In this document: positions 53,661 to 62,346 of the stretch, piece by piece
Layout: each line of letters begins with the position of its first letter
How positions within the stretch are numbered: the first letter of the stretch is position 1
Source: Planctomycetota bacterium
Lineage (GTDB): Bacteria; Planctomycetota; Phycisphaerae; UBA1845
DNA length: 64,000 nucleotides
NCBI GenBank assembly: GCA_030616775.1
Contig: JAUWWQ010000006.1
Coordinates: 1-64,000 of the forward strand
Reading direction: 5' to 3'
Notes under the pieces: generated by a model
Database searches by the model: none
The model's input: the letters and a program-made list of their open reading frames with translations, nothing else
What the model was told of the DNA's origin: nothing
Made by a program: the position numbers and the translations under genes

Positions 53661-54922
53661 GAAACATCCTCTCCTGCCAGGAGTCGGGGGATCAGGATCT
53701 GTTGGACTTCGGCCAGCAATTCCTCCCGCCTTGCCGGGCTGTCGAGGTCCAGAACCTCGTTACCGCTCTGGAGCTCGGCAGGCAATTTCCTTCTGAGGCT
53801 GGCAAACTCGCTGTTCAGAGCCTCCATCGCCTCCTGGATCGAATCCAAGCTCGCAATAGACTTCAACAGACTGCTGACGGCGTCCTCTCGCGCTCGGATG
53901 TTCTCTAGATCCGTTTTGGCCCTGGTCTGGATCCTGACCTTCTCGATCCACGCCTCCCCGTTGCTGACGTCCGTTGCCACAGCCCTGATCTGGTTGATCC
54001 AGTGGTCTGTCTTGGCCTGAAGTTCAGCATGAGCGCCGCAACGACCGGAAACAGTCACGCGGGCGGCGTGGAGCACGGCGTTGTCCTTTTCGATCTTCTG
54101 CTGAATGGCTTGACCGACCCTCTCGACGATCTCGTCGCCATCGTCCGCATCGGTGGCATCCACTTGAACATGGTGCCAACGAACCACGTCCACCGCCCGA
54201 TGCTCAACGCTCCTGACAGCGCCGTCCTCGACCGTGACTAGGCTGCAGCCTTTGGCCCCCTGCTCCCGAATGTAGCGGCCCTGAATGTTGCCGGGAAACA
54301 CAATCCAGGGATCTTCACTAAGCACCTCCCGCTTATGGACGTGCCCGAGAGCCCAATAGTCGTACCCTTTCGCCGCGAGGCCGGCGACTGTGCATGGCGC
54401 GTATGGCTCATGCCCTTCCCGGCCGTTGGCGCTCGTGTGTAACATTCCGATGTTGAGGCAGCCCGCCCTTGCCCCAGGATAGGACGCCGAGATGTCTTCC
54501 GTCACGGCTCGTCTGGCGAAACCTCTGCCATGGATGGCCACCCCTAGCTCTTCAAGCAAGATCGTTTCCGGCGCGCGGGTGGACAGCGCTCGAACATTCT
54601 CGGGGAGACGAATAGTCTTGGTGATCTGGCTCTGGGCGTCGTGGTTGCCGGATATTAGGAAGACCCTGATTCCGGCGATACTAAGCTTGCTCATCTGGCT
54701 TGCAAAGAACAGGCCTGTGTTGTAGTCCTTCCAGTCGCCGTCGTAGATATCGCCGGCCAGTAGGACGAAAGCCACTTCCTCCTCTGTAGCGAGTCGTATC
54801 AACCGCTCCAGCGCCTGGCGCGTGGCGGCGCGAAGTTCGTCGACCGGCGCACCCTCGTAGCGAAACAAGCCCCGGAGCGGGCTATCGAGATGAACGTCCG
54901 CCGCATGGATGAACTTGAACAC
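53657..54922 (-). CDS. SbcD/Mre11-family calcineurin-like metallophosphoesterase (YhaO-like)
   Basis: 421 aa. 'FIHAADVHLD', 'AGDIYD', 'ISGNHD', 'GHVH' phosphoesterase motifs. GTG start. Confidence 0.8.
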   Translation of the reverse strand: MFKFIHAADVHLDSPLRGLFRYEGAPVDELRAATRQALERLIRLATEEEVAFVLLAGDIYDGDWKDYNTGLFFASQMSKLSIAGIRVFLISGNHDAQSQITKTIRLPENVRALSTRAPETILLEELGVAIHGRGFARRAVTEDISASYPGARAGCLNIGMLHTSANGREGHEPYAPCTVAGLAAKGYDYWALGHVHKREVLSEDPWIVFPGNIQGRYIREQGAKGCSLVTVEDGAVRSVEHRAVDVVRWHHVQVDATDADDGDEIVERVGQAIQQKIEKDNAVLHAARVTVSGRCGAHAELQAKTDHWINQIRAVATDVSNGEAWIEKVRIQTRAKTDLENIRAREDAVSSLLKSIASLDSIQEAMEALNSEFASLRRKLPAELQSGNEVLDLDSPARREELLAEVQQILIPRLLAGEDVS

Positions 54923-55438
54923 CGTTGTTGCCCTCTTCTCACCGTATGGAATGTCAACGGGTATTCCAGAAGATCTCTAGCTTGGCGACGCTTCCAAGCG
55001 TCAGCGGCCCTCATTCTATCAGGTTGCGAGCGCGACGGAATGGTGCTGCGGGGGGTGGAGTATCTTCGATGTTGTCCGCTACTCCTCCCACATCCGCGCC
55101 CCCTGGGCAGGCACCAGCTTGGAGGGATAAACTGACCGCCGCCACCGGGCCAGGGGCCCAGGTGCCCGGGACCCCTCCGAGTGATGGGGAAATCGACGAC
55201 TGCCAGCTTGCACGGCGCGCTGCGCGGCCCCCTTCGATGGGCACGTGCTCGGTCGGACGGACGGGCGTCCTTCGGCCAGCCGTTGTCGGTGACAAAACCT
55301 CTGATGGTTTGCGGGAGTTGTCGCCGTCCACCCCACATGACGGCAGCAGCAATTCGATGGAAGCTTCACGTGGCTTTGGCGCATGGTAGGCAAAGTGCCG
55401 CGTTGTCGCTCGCATGCAGCGGAAGCGACAAGGCCCTG

Positions 55439-55747
55439 TCATCGCCCGCGACGCAGGCGTCTTCCGTCTCCGGCAGCACCAAACAGATCCTGCTCCCGGA
55501 TCTCAAACAACCGAATTGTCTCCCGGTTCAGGTAGAACCTGCCCTCCTCTGTCAGCATTCGTCGAATCTCAAGGAAAAGATGCACGTTCCGGAGGACTTC
55601 CTCCAGCCCCATGCTCGTGTTGTCCAGCGCGCGGATCTCCGTATAGTCCTCCAAGGCCTTCATGGCCAGCGGCGTGATCCGCTTGCTAAGCTTTTCGGTT
55701 TTCTTCAGAGTTGTCCAAGCGTCCCTCACAGATGAGATGATCACCAT
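55439..55747 (-). CDS. Small hypothetical helical protein (102 aa) within the nuclease/ATPase operon
   Basis: An ORF with a plausible amino-acid composition ('AMKALEDYTEIRALDNTSMGLEEVLRNVHLFLEIRRMLTEEGRF'). It lies between the Mrr-like and SbcD-like genes on the same strand. No family recognised. Confidence 0.4.
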   Translation of the reverse strand: MVIISSVRDAWTTLKKTEKLSKRITPLAMKALEDYTEIRALDNTSMGLEEVLRNVHLFLEIRRMLTEEGRFYLNRETIRLFEIREQDLFGAAGDGRRLRRGR

Positions 55748-55862
55748 GACAGTATTTTGTCACACAGGCTTAAAAAGTGAGCGCACTGGCAGGACATTTC
55801 ACGAGCAAATCTTCGTCATGGGTACAAATAGTCCAAAGGTTTTGAGCTCCGGGGGCCCAATC

Positions 55863-55905
55863 TTGTCCCACAACGGCGACCTTGTCCTTCAGGGTTGTGG
55901 GACAA
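55863..55905. promoter_or_regulatory. Perfect 12-bp inverted repeat (TTGTCCCACAAC ... GTTGTGGGACAA) with a 19-nt spacer, in the Mrr-like/small-ORF intergenic region
   Basis: Directly visible palindrome. It lies in a locally low-GC stretch just downstream of the Mrr-like gene's stop. No U-tract follows on the coding strand. Confidence 0.5.
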
Positions 55906-55964
55906 ATCCGTTTGGTTGAGGTTGCGTTTTCAATCAAGCCAGGGGGAAAAGGGTAATAGGTGAC

Positions 55965-56798
55965 CTACTCAGGCACCTCCCATCCATTCCATTCTTCGTT
56001 GGAATACGAGATCAACATCATTGGCGCATCCTTAAAGGGGGCACGGATGACGTCGTCGTCTGAATACGCGCGCCGTTGCGTGATCCTCAACGCTGCATAG
56101 AAGCGGGATGCATCCATAAGGACAATCGGTAAGCCGCATTCAGCAGCCAACTTACTCGTCTTCTCGGCTCCGGGCTGATAAGAAGATGTTGTCACGAAGA
56201 TGCCCGCGGTAAGCTTGTTGACCAATAGTGCACCCGTGAAGGCTCTTATCTGCTCGGCACGTATTCTGTCTTTCCACCTCTTCACTTGAACACCAATCGT
56301 AGTATCGCTAGGGCCGTCCAAGATAACATCAATGCCTCCATCATTGGAGTACGCTGTTACACGTGACCTGAACCCAAGATCCGAGAATACGGCGGCCACA
56401 GTCTCTTCGAGAAGGCGAGGATGGATTCTATCTATGGCAGAGGATTTCGCCATTAGATAGGATCTGATTTCTCGAAGTGGAGTGTCAATGTCAGCAAGGT
56501 CCAGCTGTCGCAAGCTTCCGGCACTTCCATGCATGCGCCTGCTGAAACCCCCCCTCGAATACTGATCGTCATAATTCCCAAAGACTACGTTGTTCACGGT
56601 CCACCACCCACAAACGTTGCAGACATGCACGTGTCGCGCCATTTCCTGTGTGACTGCGTCAGCTGCGAGGTATTCCCGCTGCGTTATAAGGAGGTATTCA
56701 AGCTCGCTCTCGCAGTAGATACAGCGCCTGACCTTAACGAGCTCGCCCATGGCCCTCGAGGAGTAGGCAGCGTAGTCCCTGTAAGTCCATATAGACAT
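55965..56798 (-). CDS. Zinc-ribbon plus Mrr-cat (PD-(D/E)xK restriction-endonuclease-like) domain protein
   Basis: 'CIYCESELE...HVCNVCGWW' ribbon. 'SNDGGIDVILDG...IGVQVKRW...AGIFVTTSSY' matches the Mrr catalytic-domain (PF04471) pattern. A GGAGG Shine-Dalgarno sits 8 nt upstream. The gene GC content is lower than the surroundings. Confidence 0.65.
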   Translation of the reverse strand: MSIWTYRDYAAYSSRAMGELVKVRRCIYCESELEYLLITQREYLAADAVTQEMARHVHVCNVCGWWTVNNVVFGNYDDQYSRGGFSRRMHGSAGSLRQLDLADIDTPLREIRSYLMAKSSAIDRIHPRLLEETVAAVFSDLGFRSRVTAYSNDGGIDVILDGPSDTTIGVQVKRWKDRIRAEQIRAFTGALLVNKLTAGIFVTTSSYQPGAEKTSKLAAECGLPIVLMDASRFYAALRITQRRAYSDDDVIRAPFKDAPMMLISYSNEEWNGWEVPE

Positions 56799-57794
56799 CG
56801 GTCAACCTCCATCTCTTGCGTGAGGCGAACAAGAGTGACTCGATATTCGTTACGCGGCAAACGTAGCGTGTGATGCTCTATCGACGATGGTCTGACGCCA
56901 CCGCGTACCGCTGGCTCGAGACCTGCAATCGGCTGCCTGCCCCGTCGCCCCAACCGTCAGCGCCCGAGCGAGCAGACGTCGCCTGTTGTGCAAGCCTCCC
57001 TGGTCACCGATTCCCAGCAGCCGAACGCGACAGGGCAAGAACCGCCTCGCGCGGGCCATCGCGCCGATCTGCCACACCGCGGGCAGCCAGTAACGGCACC
57101 GTCCACGACGCAGGGACCTTGTCTGCCTCTGTCGCCCCGGTAAACCGGGGTATCCGGTTTGCCGCCTCTATCACCGCGATCATACCATGGTCGGCCATTC
57201 AAGGGCTACGTTGCAACGCGGATCCGGCGCCGGGACTTTCCTTCTGAAGTGCAGATTGTGTCAATTGAGCCAGCAGGATCCTGAAGGGACGTTTCCGTCG
57301 GACTTCTTCTGCGTCCGCGATTGCCCCAAAGCCTAGTCCAACAGACGCTGCCGGCCACCGGCAATCCTTGATTCATCAGCCTCAGATTTCGAGGCATTGC
57401 TCGGGCCGCCTGCCGGGCAAATCTGCCCTCGACTCTGAATCAGACCCCTGGCCGAGGTGGCGGTACCGCGCGAGTTGTTCGCCGCGATCCTCGATCGCAT
57501 CCAGCGATTCGGTATGCCTCCGCCGCTGGTGCAGCGTGGCTGATACCGCAACCGATGGACAGGTCGGTGATTCGTACAGGGGCAAGGGGCAACGCCGCGC
57601 GGAAATGGGCCGGAATTGTTGTCCGGGAGGCGGCGAGGGCAGAATTGGCATCCCGCCCGCCGGGAGAGCGGTGAGACGGGCACGAATCACGGCGAGAAAG
57701 GCCGTTCTCGTTTGAATCGAGCAGGCCATCCGGGTACGATCACGGGTTCAGGTCTGATAAATGCGAAATCCGGGTTTGTGTGGAAGGAGTAGCT

Positions 57795-58508
57795 ATGGAT
57801 CGAGACGAGAGACTGAAATTGAGTTACGAGGAGACTACGAAGTACTTCCATGCCTTGGCGGACGCCCGATTCAAGCTTCTGGCTCTCGTCCCCATAGCTA
57901 CAGGAACCGCCATTGGGTTACTCCGAGACACGCCCCCGGACTGCGTAATAGCCGTCAGCCTACTCGGCTTGATCGTAACGGTTGGCTTGGTGTGCTACGA
58001 TCAGCGCAACACGCAGATTTACGACGCCATGATGATTCGCGCAAAAGTCCTTGAGGCTCTTCTTGGCTTCGATCCGGTGCACCCCGCACAGAAGAACCGC
58101 GGTGGCGCCTTCCTGGACCGTCCGGAGCGCAGTCGGCGACTCTTTGAGGGCGTGTTCGGGTGGCGTGGTCTGTTGCTATGGCATGATCGGGGGCTCGCGT
58201 TGATCTACGGTGCGGCACTAGGCGGATGGACATATTTGCTGGCGAATTCAGTCTCAACTCTGCTAGAGGTAGAGGGACTACCGCAAAGGCTGGCGATCAA
58301 CCTCTTATTACCAGTTATCGTGACAACCATGTTTGTCTTGGGGCTTCAGGAGTTGGACGAAGAGACGGATCCGTTGGATCAGTTACCGCCACATATACGG
58401 GAACTGACGAAGGCTTCCGAGGAATCAGCCGCGGGATGGGTCCGCATCATGCATGAGCGAGGAGGACAGCCAGATGAATCGGGGCAAAAGACATCTGTTG
58501 TTCGTTGA
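57795..58508 (+). CDS. Hypothetical polytopic membrane protein
   Basis: A GAAGGAG Shine-Dalgarno precedes the ATG at 57795. Four hydrophobic helices ('LALVPIATGTAIGLL', 'AVSLLGLIVTVGLVCY', 'LIYGAALGGWTYLLA', 'LLLPVIVTTMFVLGL'). Confidence 0.5.
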   Translation: MDRDERLKLSYEETTKYFHALADARFKLLALVPIATGTAIGLLRDTPPDCVIAVSLLGLIVTVGLVCYDQRNTQIYDAMMIRAKVLEALLGFDPVHPAQKNRGGAFLDRPERSRRLFEGVFGWRGLLLWHDRGLALIYGAALGGWTYLLANSVSTLLEVEGLPQRLAINLLLPVIVTTMFVLGLQELDEETDPLDQLPPHIRELTKASEESAAGWVRIMHERGGQPDESGQKTSVVR

Positions 58509-59148
58509 TGACGACGAACATGAGGTAACGACGTTTGCACGATTGTTTCACGGTGAGCGCTTTGAGGTCACGGGTGTCCACGTTGAAAGGCCGAGTGAAG
58601 GACCAAGTGCTGTGGAATTAGCGCTTGCTGGGAGAACCCCCGACCTGTTTGTGTTAGACCTCTTCTTCTGCGGCAGAGATGACGCTCCCCGGACGGTTGG
58701 AGGTAATAAGATCCAGGAGGCACGGCGCGCGATACAAAGCACGATCGAAGCCGCTGAAGCGCTCAGAGAATTGGCGGTGCGTGAGCCGAACGATGGAAAG
58801 AGGCTTCTTCGGGAGGCTCACGGGCTCGTCCAAGAGACGCGGAGACTCTTGGATGATTGGTGCGAGCATTTGGGTCAGACACACAAGGGTGGGATCGCCC
58901 TCCTAGAGACGCTGCATCGCACCTATCCGAACATACCGAAAGTATTCTATTCGCGCAAGGCCACCCTGCAGCACGCGAAGGATGCTCTACACGCCGGCGC
59001 CCTCGACGTGCTATCAAAACCGGAACCAAGGCTGGAGCTTCAAACTGCTGAGGACCTTGGCGAGAGGTTTCTCGAATACTGCGAGTGGCGGCCACCGAGT
59101 TTCCTCGCCGGGTGGCATGAGAAGCTCTCCCCATTTGTAACATGGTGA
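58474..59148 (+). CDS. Stand-alone receiver (CheY-like REC) domain protein with an internal insertion
   Basis: A GAGGAGGA Shine-Dalgarno. 'HLLFVDDDE' acidic pocket, 'DLFVLDLFF' phospho-acceptor Asp context, 'VFYSRK' Lys, 'AGALDVLSKP'. Confidence 0.55.
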   Translation: MNRGKRHLLFVDDDEHEVTTFARLFHGERFEVTGVHVERPSEGPSAVELALAGRTPDLFVLDLFFCGRDDAPRTVGGNKIQEARRAIQSTIEAAEALRELAVREPNDGKRLLREAHGLVQETRRLLDDWCEHLGQTHKGGIALLETLHRTYPNIPKVFYSRKATLQHAKDALHAGALDVLSKPEPRLELQTAEDLGERFLEYCEWRPPSFLAGWHEKLSPFVTW

Positions 59149-59257
59149 CCATGGGAGGAATATTCTCGCGGCCCGTCGATGGTACACTAAACGATGGACG
59201 CTGCCGCCCAGCGGCAATCTGCCCCGCTCCGAAGCGCCACACATCGGCGTCCGAGGG

Positions 59258-59470
59258 TCAAAGGACGCGCCCTTTCTTCGTCAACACGCCTTTTCGGACC
59301 GCCTCGTCAAAGACTTCCTCAGGCCACTCGTCGGACAGGAAGTTCCGGTCGGGCAAGAATGTTCCGCGATAGCCACAGTTGGGACACACGTAGAAAACTC
59401 GGCCTCCATCGTTGTCGTCGCGGAACTTCCTCATTCGTTTCTTACATTGGCGGCAATAGGTATACGTCAT
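59258..59470 (-). CDS. Small zinc-ribbon protein (CxxC...CxxC)
   Basis: 'CRQCKKRMRKFRDDNDGGRVFYVCPNCG'. An AAAGGAA Shine-Dalgarno sits 7 nt upstream of the internal ATG. Confidence 0.45.
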   Translation of the reverse strand: MTYTYCRQCKKRMRKFRDDNDGGRVFYVCPNCGYRGTFLPDRNFLSDEWPEEVFDEAVRKGVLTKKGRVL

Positions 59471-59980
59471 CTGGGCGTTCCTTTCGAACGGGCGGAACAC
59501 GACTCAGTTTCAACTGCCAACGGGCGCAATTATGCCAGGTTCGCCCTTCCGGTCAAAGCGGCGGGTTCTCGCAGCCAAGGCGGCCCGAAGCGGCTCCGTC
59601 GAAGCTCGTTGGTCCATCTCCTAGACCAGCTCTGTGGTTTCTTTCGCTACGTCAGTCGCGGTAACACACGTTACGTACCACGGCCCGCATGAAGGCCACA
59701 AGAACGCCTCCAAAGCAAGGCCGCTCTCCATGCACGCCGAGCGTTCTGAAGGTAGCGGCCAAGGATTGTCTCCCGACACCAACCCGGCGGTGGGTCCACG
59801 GCTCCCGGTTACGGGACACCCGCAAGGGGATGCCCCGGTTCTTATAAACGCGAGGTGCCTAAAACGTAGAAGACCGCCTTCTTGGATCGAGCCATGCAAT
59901 CAGGCTGGCTTTCTCCGTTTCCCCCGCCAGCGGCGGGGCCGGCACCTCGCTCGGGTTATGAGTTGGCGGCGATTGGCCTG

Positions 59981-60143
59981 ACCCCCGAGAACGGATCCAG
60001 GCCGTATGTTAGAATCATGCGGTTTCTGGATCTGAAAGGGAGTTCAGGTTATGGCGAAGAGACGGCACACGGCGGGACAGATCATATCGAAGCTTCGGGA
60101 GGCGGAGGTCCTCCTGGCCAAGGGCCAAGACAGTCAACGGTGA
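59981..60143 (+). pseudogene. Remnant of the left end of an IS3-family element: IRL-like 'TGACCCCCGAG...' plus the first 30 codons of an OrfA (HTH transposase) ending in a premature stop
   Basis: ATG at 60051 with an upstream AAGGGAG. The translation 'MAKRRHTAGQIISKLREAEVLLAKGQDSQR*' matches the canonical IS3-family OrfA N-terminus (RFTxEQIIxxLKExExGxxxxxVCR). The reading frame collapses after that. Confidence 0.5.
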
Positions 60144-60633
60144 AGCGTAACGAAACGCACACGCCAAGAGAAACGAACAACAACGGGCGGATCCTGCGAT
60201 CCGTTGCTCTCAAAGCAGCTGTGGCCCTACACGCTGGAGTAGGTACGACATCGATCGCGGCGGTTCTGGAGGCCGCCTACCAGATGCAGCAATGGTTGGA
60301 GAATTCGGCACAAGGCAGACAGTTAACGAAGAGCGGGGCTTAACCGCTCCGCTCCCGCTCGACGGCGGGCGTCGTCGAGCGTTTCGCTTTGTTCTCTCGG
60401 ACACCAGCCAGTCAAGAGCGAAGCGTAACTGACCAGCTTCAACCGACGCCTCAACGAGCTCCTGAAGGATCTCTTCGGTGGATAGCCTGAAGAAAGCTGC
60501 GCTCCGCACCGCCGCCCAAGACAGTCACCGCCGGTCGATTTGACGCGACACTTATGACTTGGCCCGGCGCAGACGGCGAGCGTCATTCCAATGCGACACC
60601 ACTGGACGCGGTGCTCGCGAGCGACAGAGACAC

Positions 60634-61827
60634 TCAATCGTCTCTGTAGACGGTCAGACGGTCTTGAACTCGCGATTGAACAACCGGGTCGTCGGGCCGG
60701 AGTACCTGATCCCTTTTTAGATCTGTCGTCGTCACAACCACCATGATCTCAAATGCGTCACCCAGATCTTGAGGTGCACCGAAGAATGCATCGACACACC
60801 ACACGCCATCCTTCTTGCTGTCGCTGTCGTATTCAAGATGGAGTTCTGCATCACTGTCTAAAGTATGTGGTTGAACATACCATCTGTGAGTGATCTTGTC
60901 AAACAGCCTCATAACCTTTTTCTTGGGCATAACAAGAACTCGCAGATGAAGTTGACCATTGCCTTCGGGTAGGTTATGGAATTCGCCGTACACCCTGTGA
61001 AATGGTGTGAGTATATTCTTCCCGTGCCTATCTACCGCCACGGCAAGATCATCATTGCAGACAGGCCCAGTGGACTCTCCGGCTCTTCCGTGTCCGGATC
61101 TCAGATCAGTTATTCTAACCTCGGGTACTTCCCCAAGCTGATATTTCAAGGTCGGCCACATTGATAAGGGGAGAGACCAGAATATGGAGTGGGGGCCACA
61201 AAAGGAAAATCGGAGGCTAAAAGGGAAGGCGCTGGGGGGCGGCTCTTGCCATATGACAACGTGGTTCTGAGGTGCAGCGTCCTCGGAACCGACACCGCGA
61301 AAGAAGAAATGCGCATACTCAGCCTGGATAGCTGCTGAGTCCCTATCGCAGAATACCACGTTCGGCACCTCTGTTACAGAGAACGAAACAGCCAAAATCA
61401 AAATTGGCACACCTGATGAAAAGACCCGCGCCGATGGGTTATCACTGGTCAATATCCTTCGCACTGATTCGAAGATTCCACCTAATAGAAGCACCTTGAG
61501 CAAAGGATGGCGTCCGAATGAGTGTGTGAGGACGATTGAGTATAGCGCAAAGGCAACTATCAGAAACAGATTCCATTTCTGCTTCTTCCATTTGGTGAGA
61601 GCGCCGAGGAGGTGAAGCAGTGCAGCGATCCGCGAGATAGTATACATGTCACAGTAGTCGCCCACCCAGATGAGAATACTCCCGGTCACGAGCATCACGA
61701 TTAGTGGACGAATCCCATCCGGGACGCGTTCAGCGGAGCGTCGGAGAGATGACAGCGCCGATTGTGCGAACACGCCAATCTTCCTCGGCAGGACGACAAA
61801 ACCGTAGAGGAATAAGGAGTGCCACAT
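60634..61827 (-). CDS. Hypothetical membrane protein encoded in a low-GC (~48-50%) patch
   Basis: The start was set at 'MWHSLFLYGFVVL'. Five or six TM helices followed by a soluble C-terminal domain. The composition shift versus the flanks is obvious by eye. Confidence 0.45.
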   Translation of the reverse strand: MWHSLFLYGFVVLPRKIGVFAQSALSSLRRSAERVPDGIRPLIVMLVTGSILIWVGDYCDMYTISRIAALLHLLGALTKWKKQKWNLFLIVAFALYSIVLTHSFGRHPLLKVLLLGGIFESVRRILTSDNPSARVFSSGVPILILAVSFSVTEVPNVVFCDRDSAAIQAEYAHFFFRGVGSEDAAPQNHVVIWQEPPPSAFPFSLRFSFCGPHSIFWSLPLSMWPTLKYQLGEVPEVRITDLRSGHGRAGESTGPVCNDDLAVAVDRHGKNILTPFHRVYGEFHNLPEGNGQLHLRVLVMPKKKVMRLFDKITHRWYVQPHTLDSDAELHLEYDSDSKKDGVWCVDAFFGAPQDLGDAFEIMVVVTTTDLKRDQVLRPDDPVVQSRVQDRLTVYRDD

Positions 61828-62346
61828 TCTCGCACGCTGCTGCCGCGTTGCCTCCGTTTCTTGGCAGCGCCGGCCGACCAGGAAGGGTCTCGTACGGCAC
61901 CCCAGGCTTGTATTCAGCCTACTGCGCCGGGATTTCGCGTGTGCCGCTTCCGAAGGCGCAATTCTATACGCATGCGACGCTCCCTGGCAAGTCCGAGGGA
62001 AATCCTTGCTGAAACGCTTGATTCGCTGCGCACCACGCCGCAATTGCGACCACGCCTGGTCGCTCACACCCCGCCTCGTCCGTCTCAGTCCTTACTGAGT
62101 AGCCCCGCCTGAGATCCCGGATCGATGGTTACGCTCTTCGTCCGATCGTGGCCTTCGTCCCTCCACGACAACGGGTGTCGGCACACCCAACCGCTTGATC
62201 CGCTCCGAGAGCGCAGCGGAGGATACACGGGCGCGGCTCTCGAAACAGGCCCGTCTCCGACGGCCGTTATCCGAATGCCTTGACTCGGCAGCATAGGAGT
62301 GGCACTAAGGCCTTCGAGTGACTGGCACAACTACCTTCAGCGCGGC

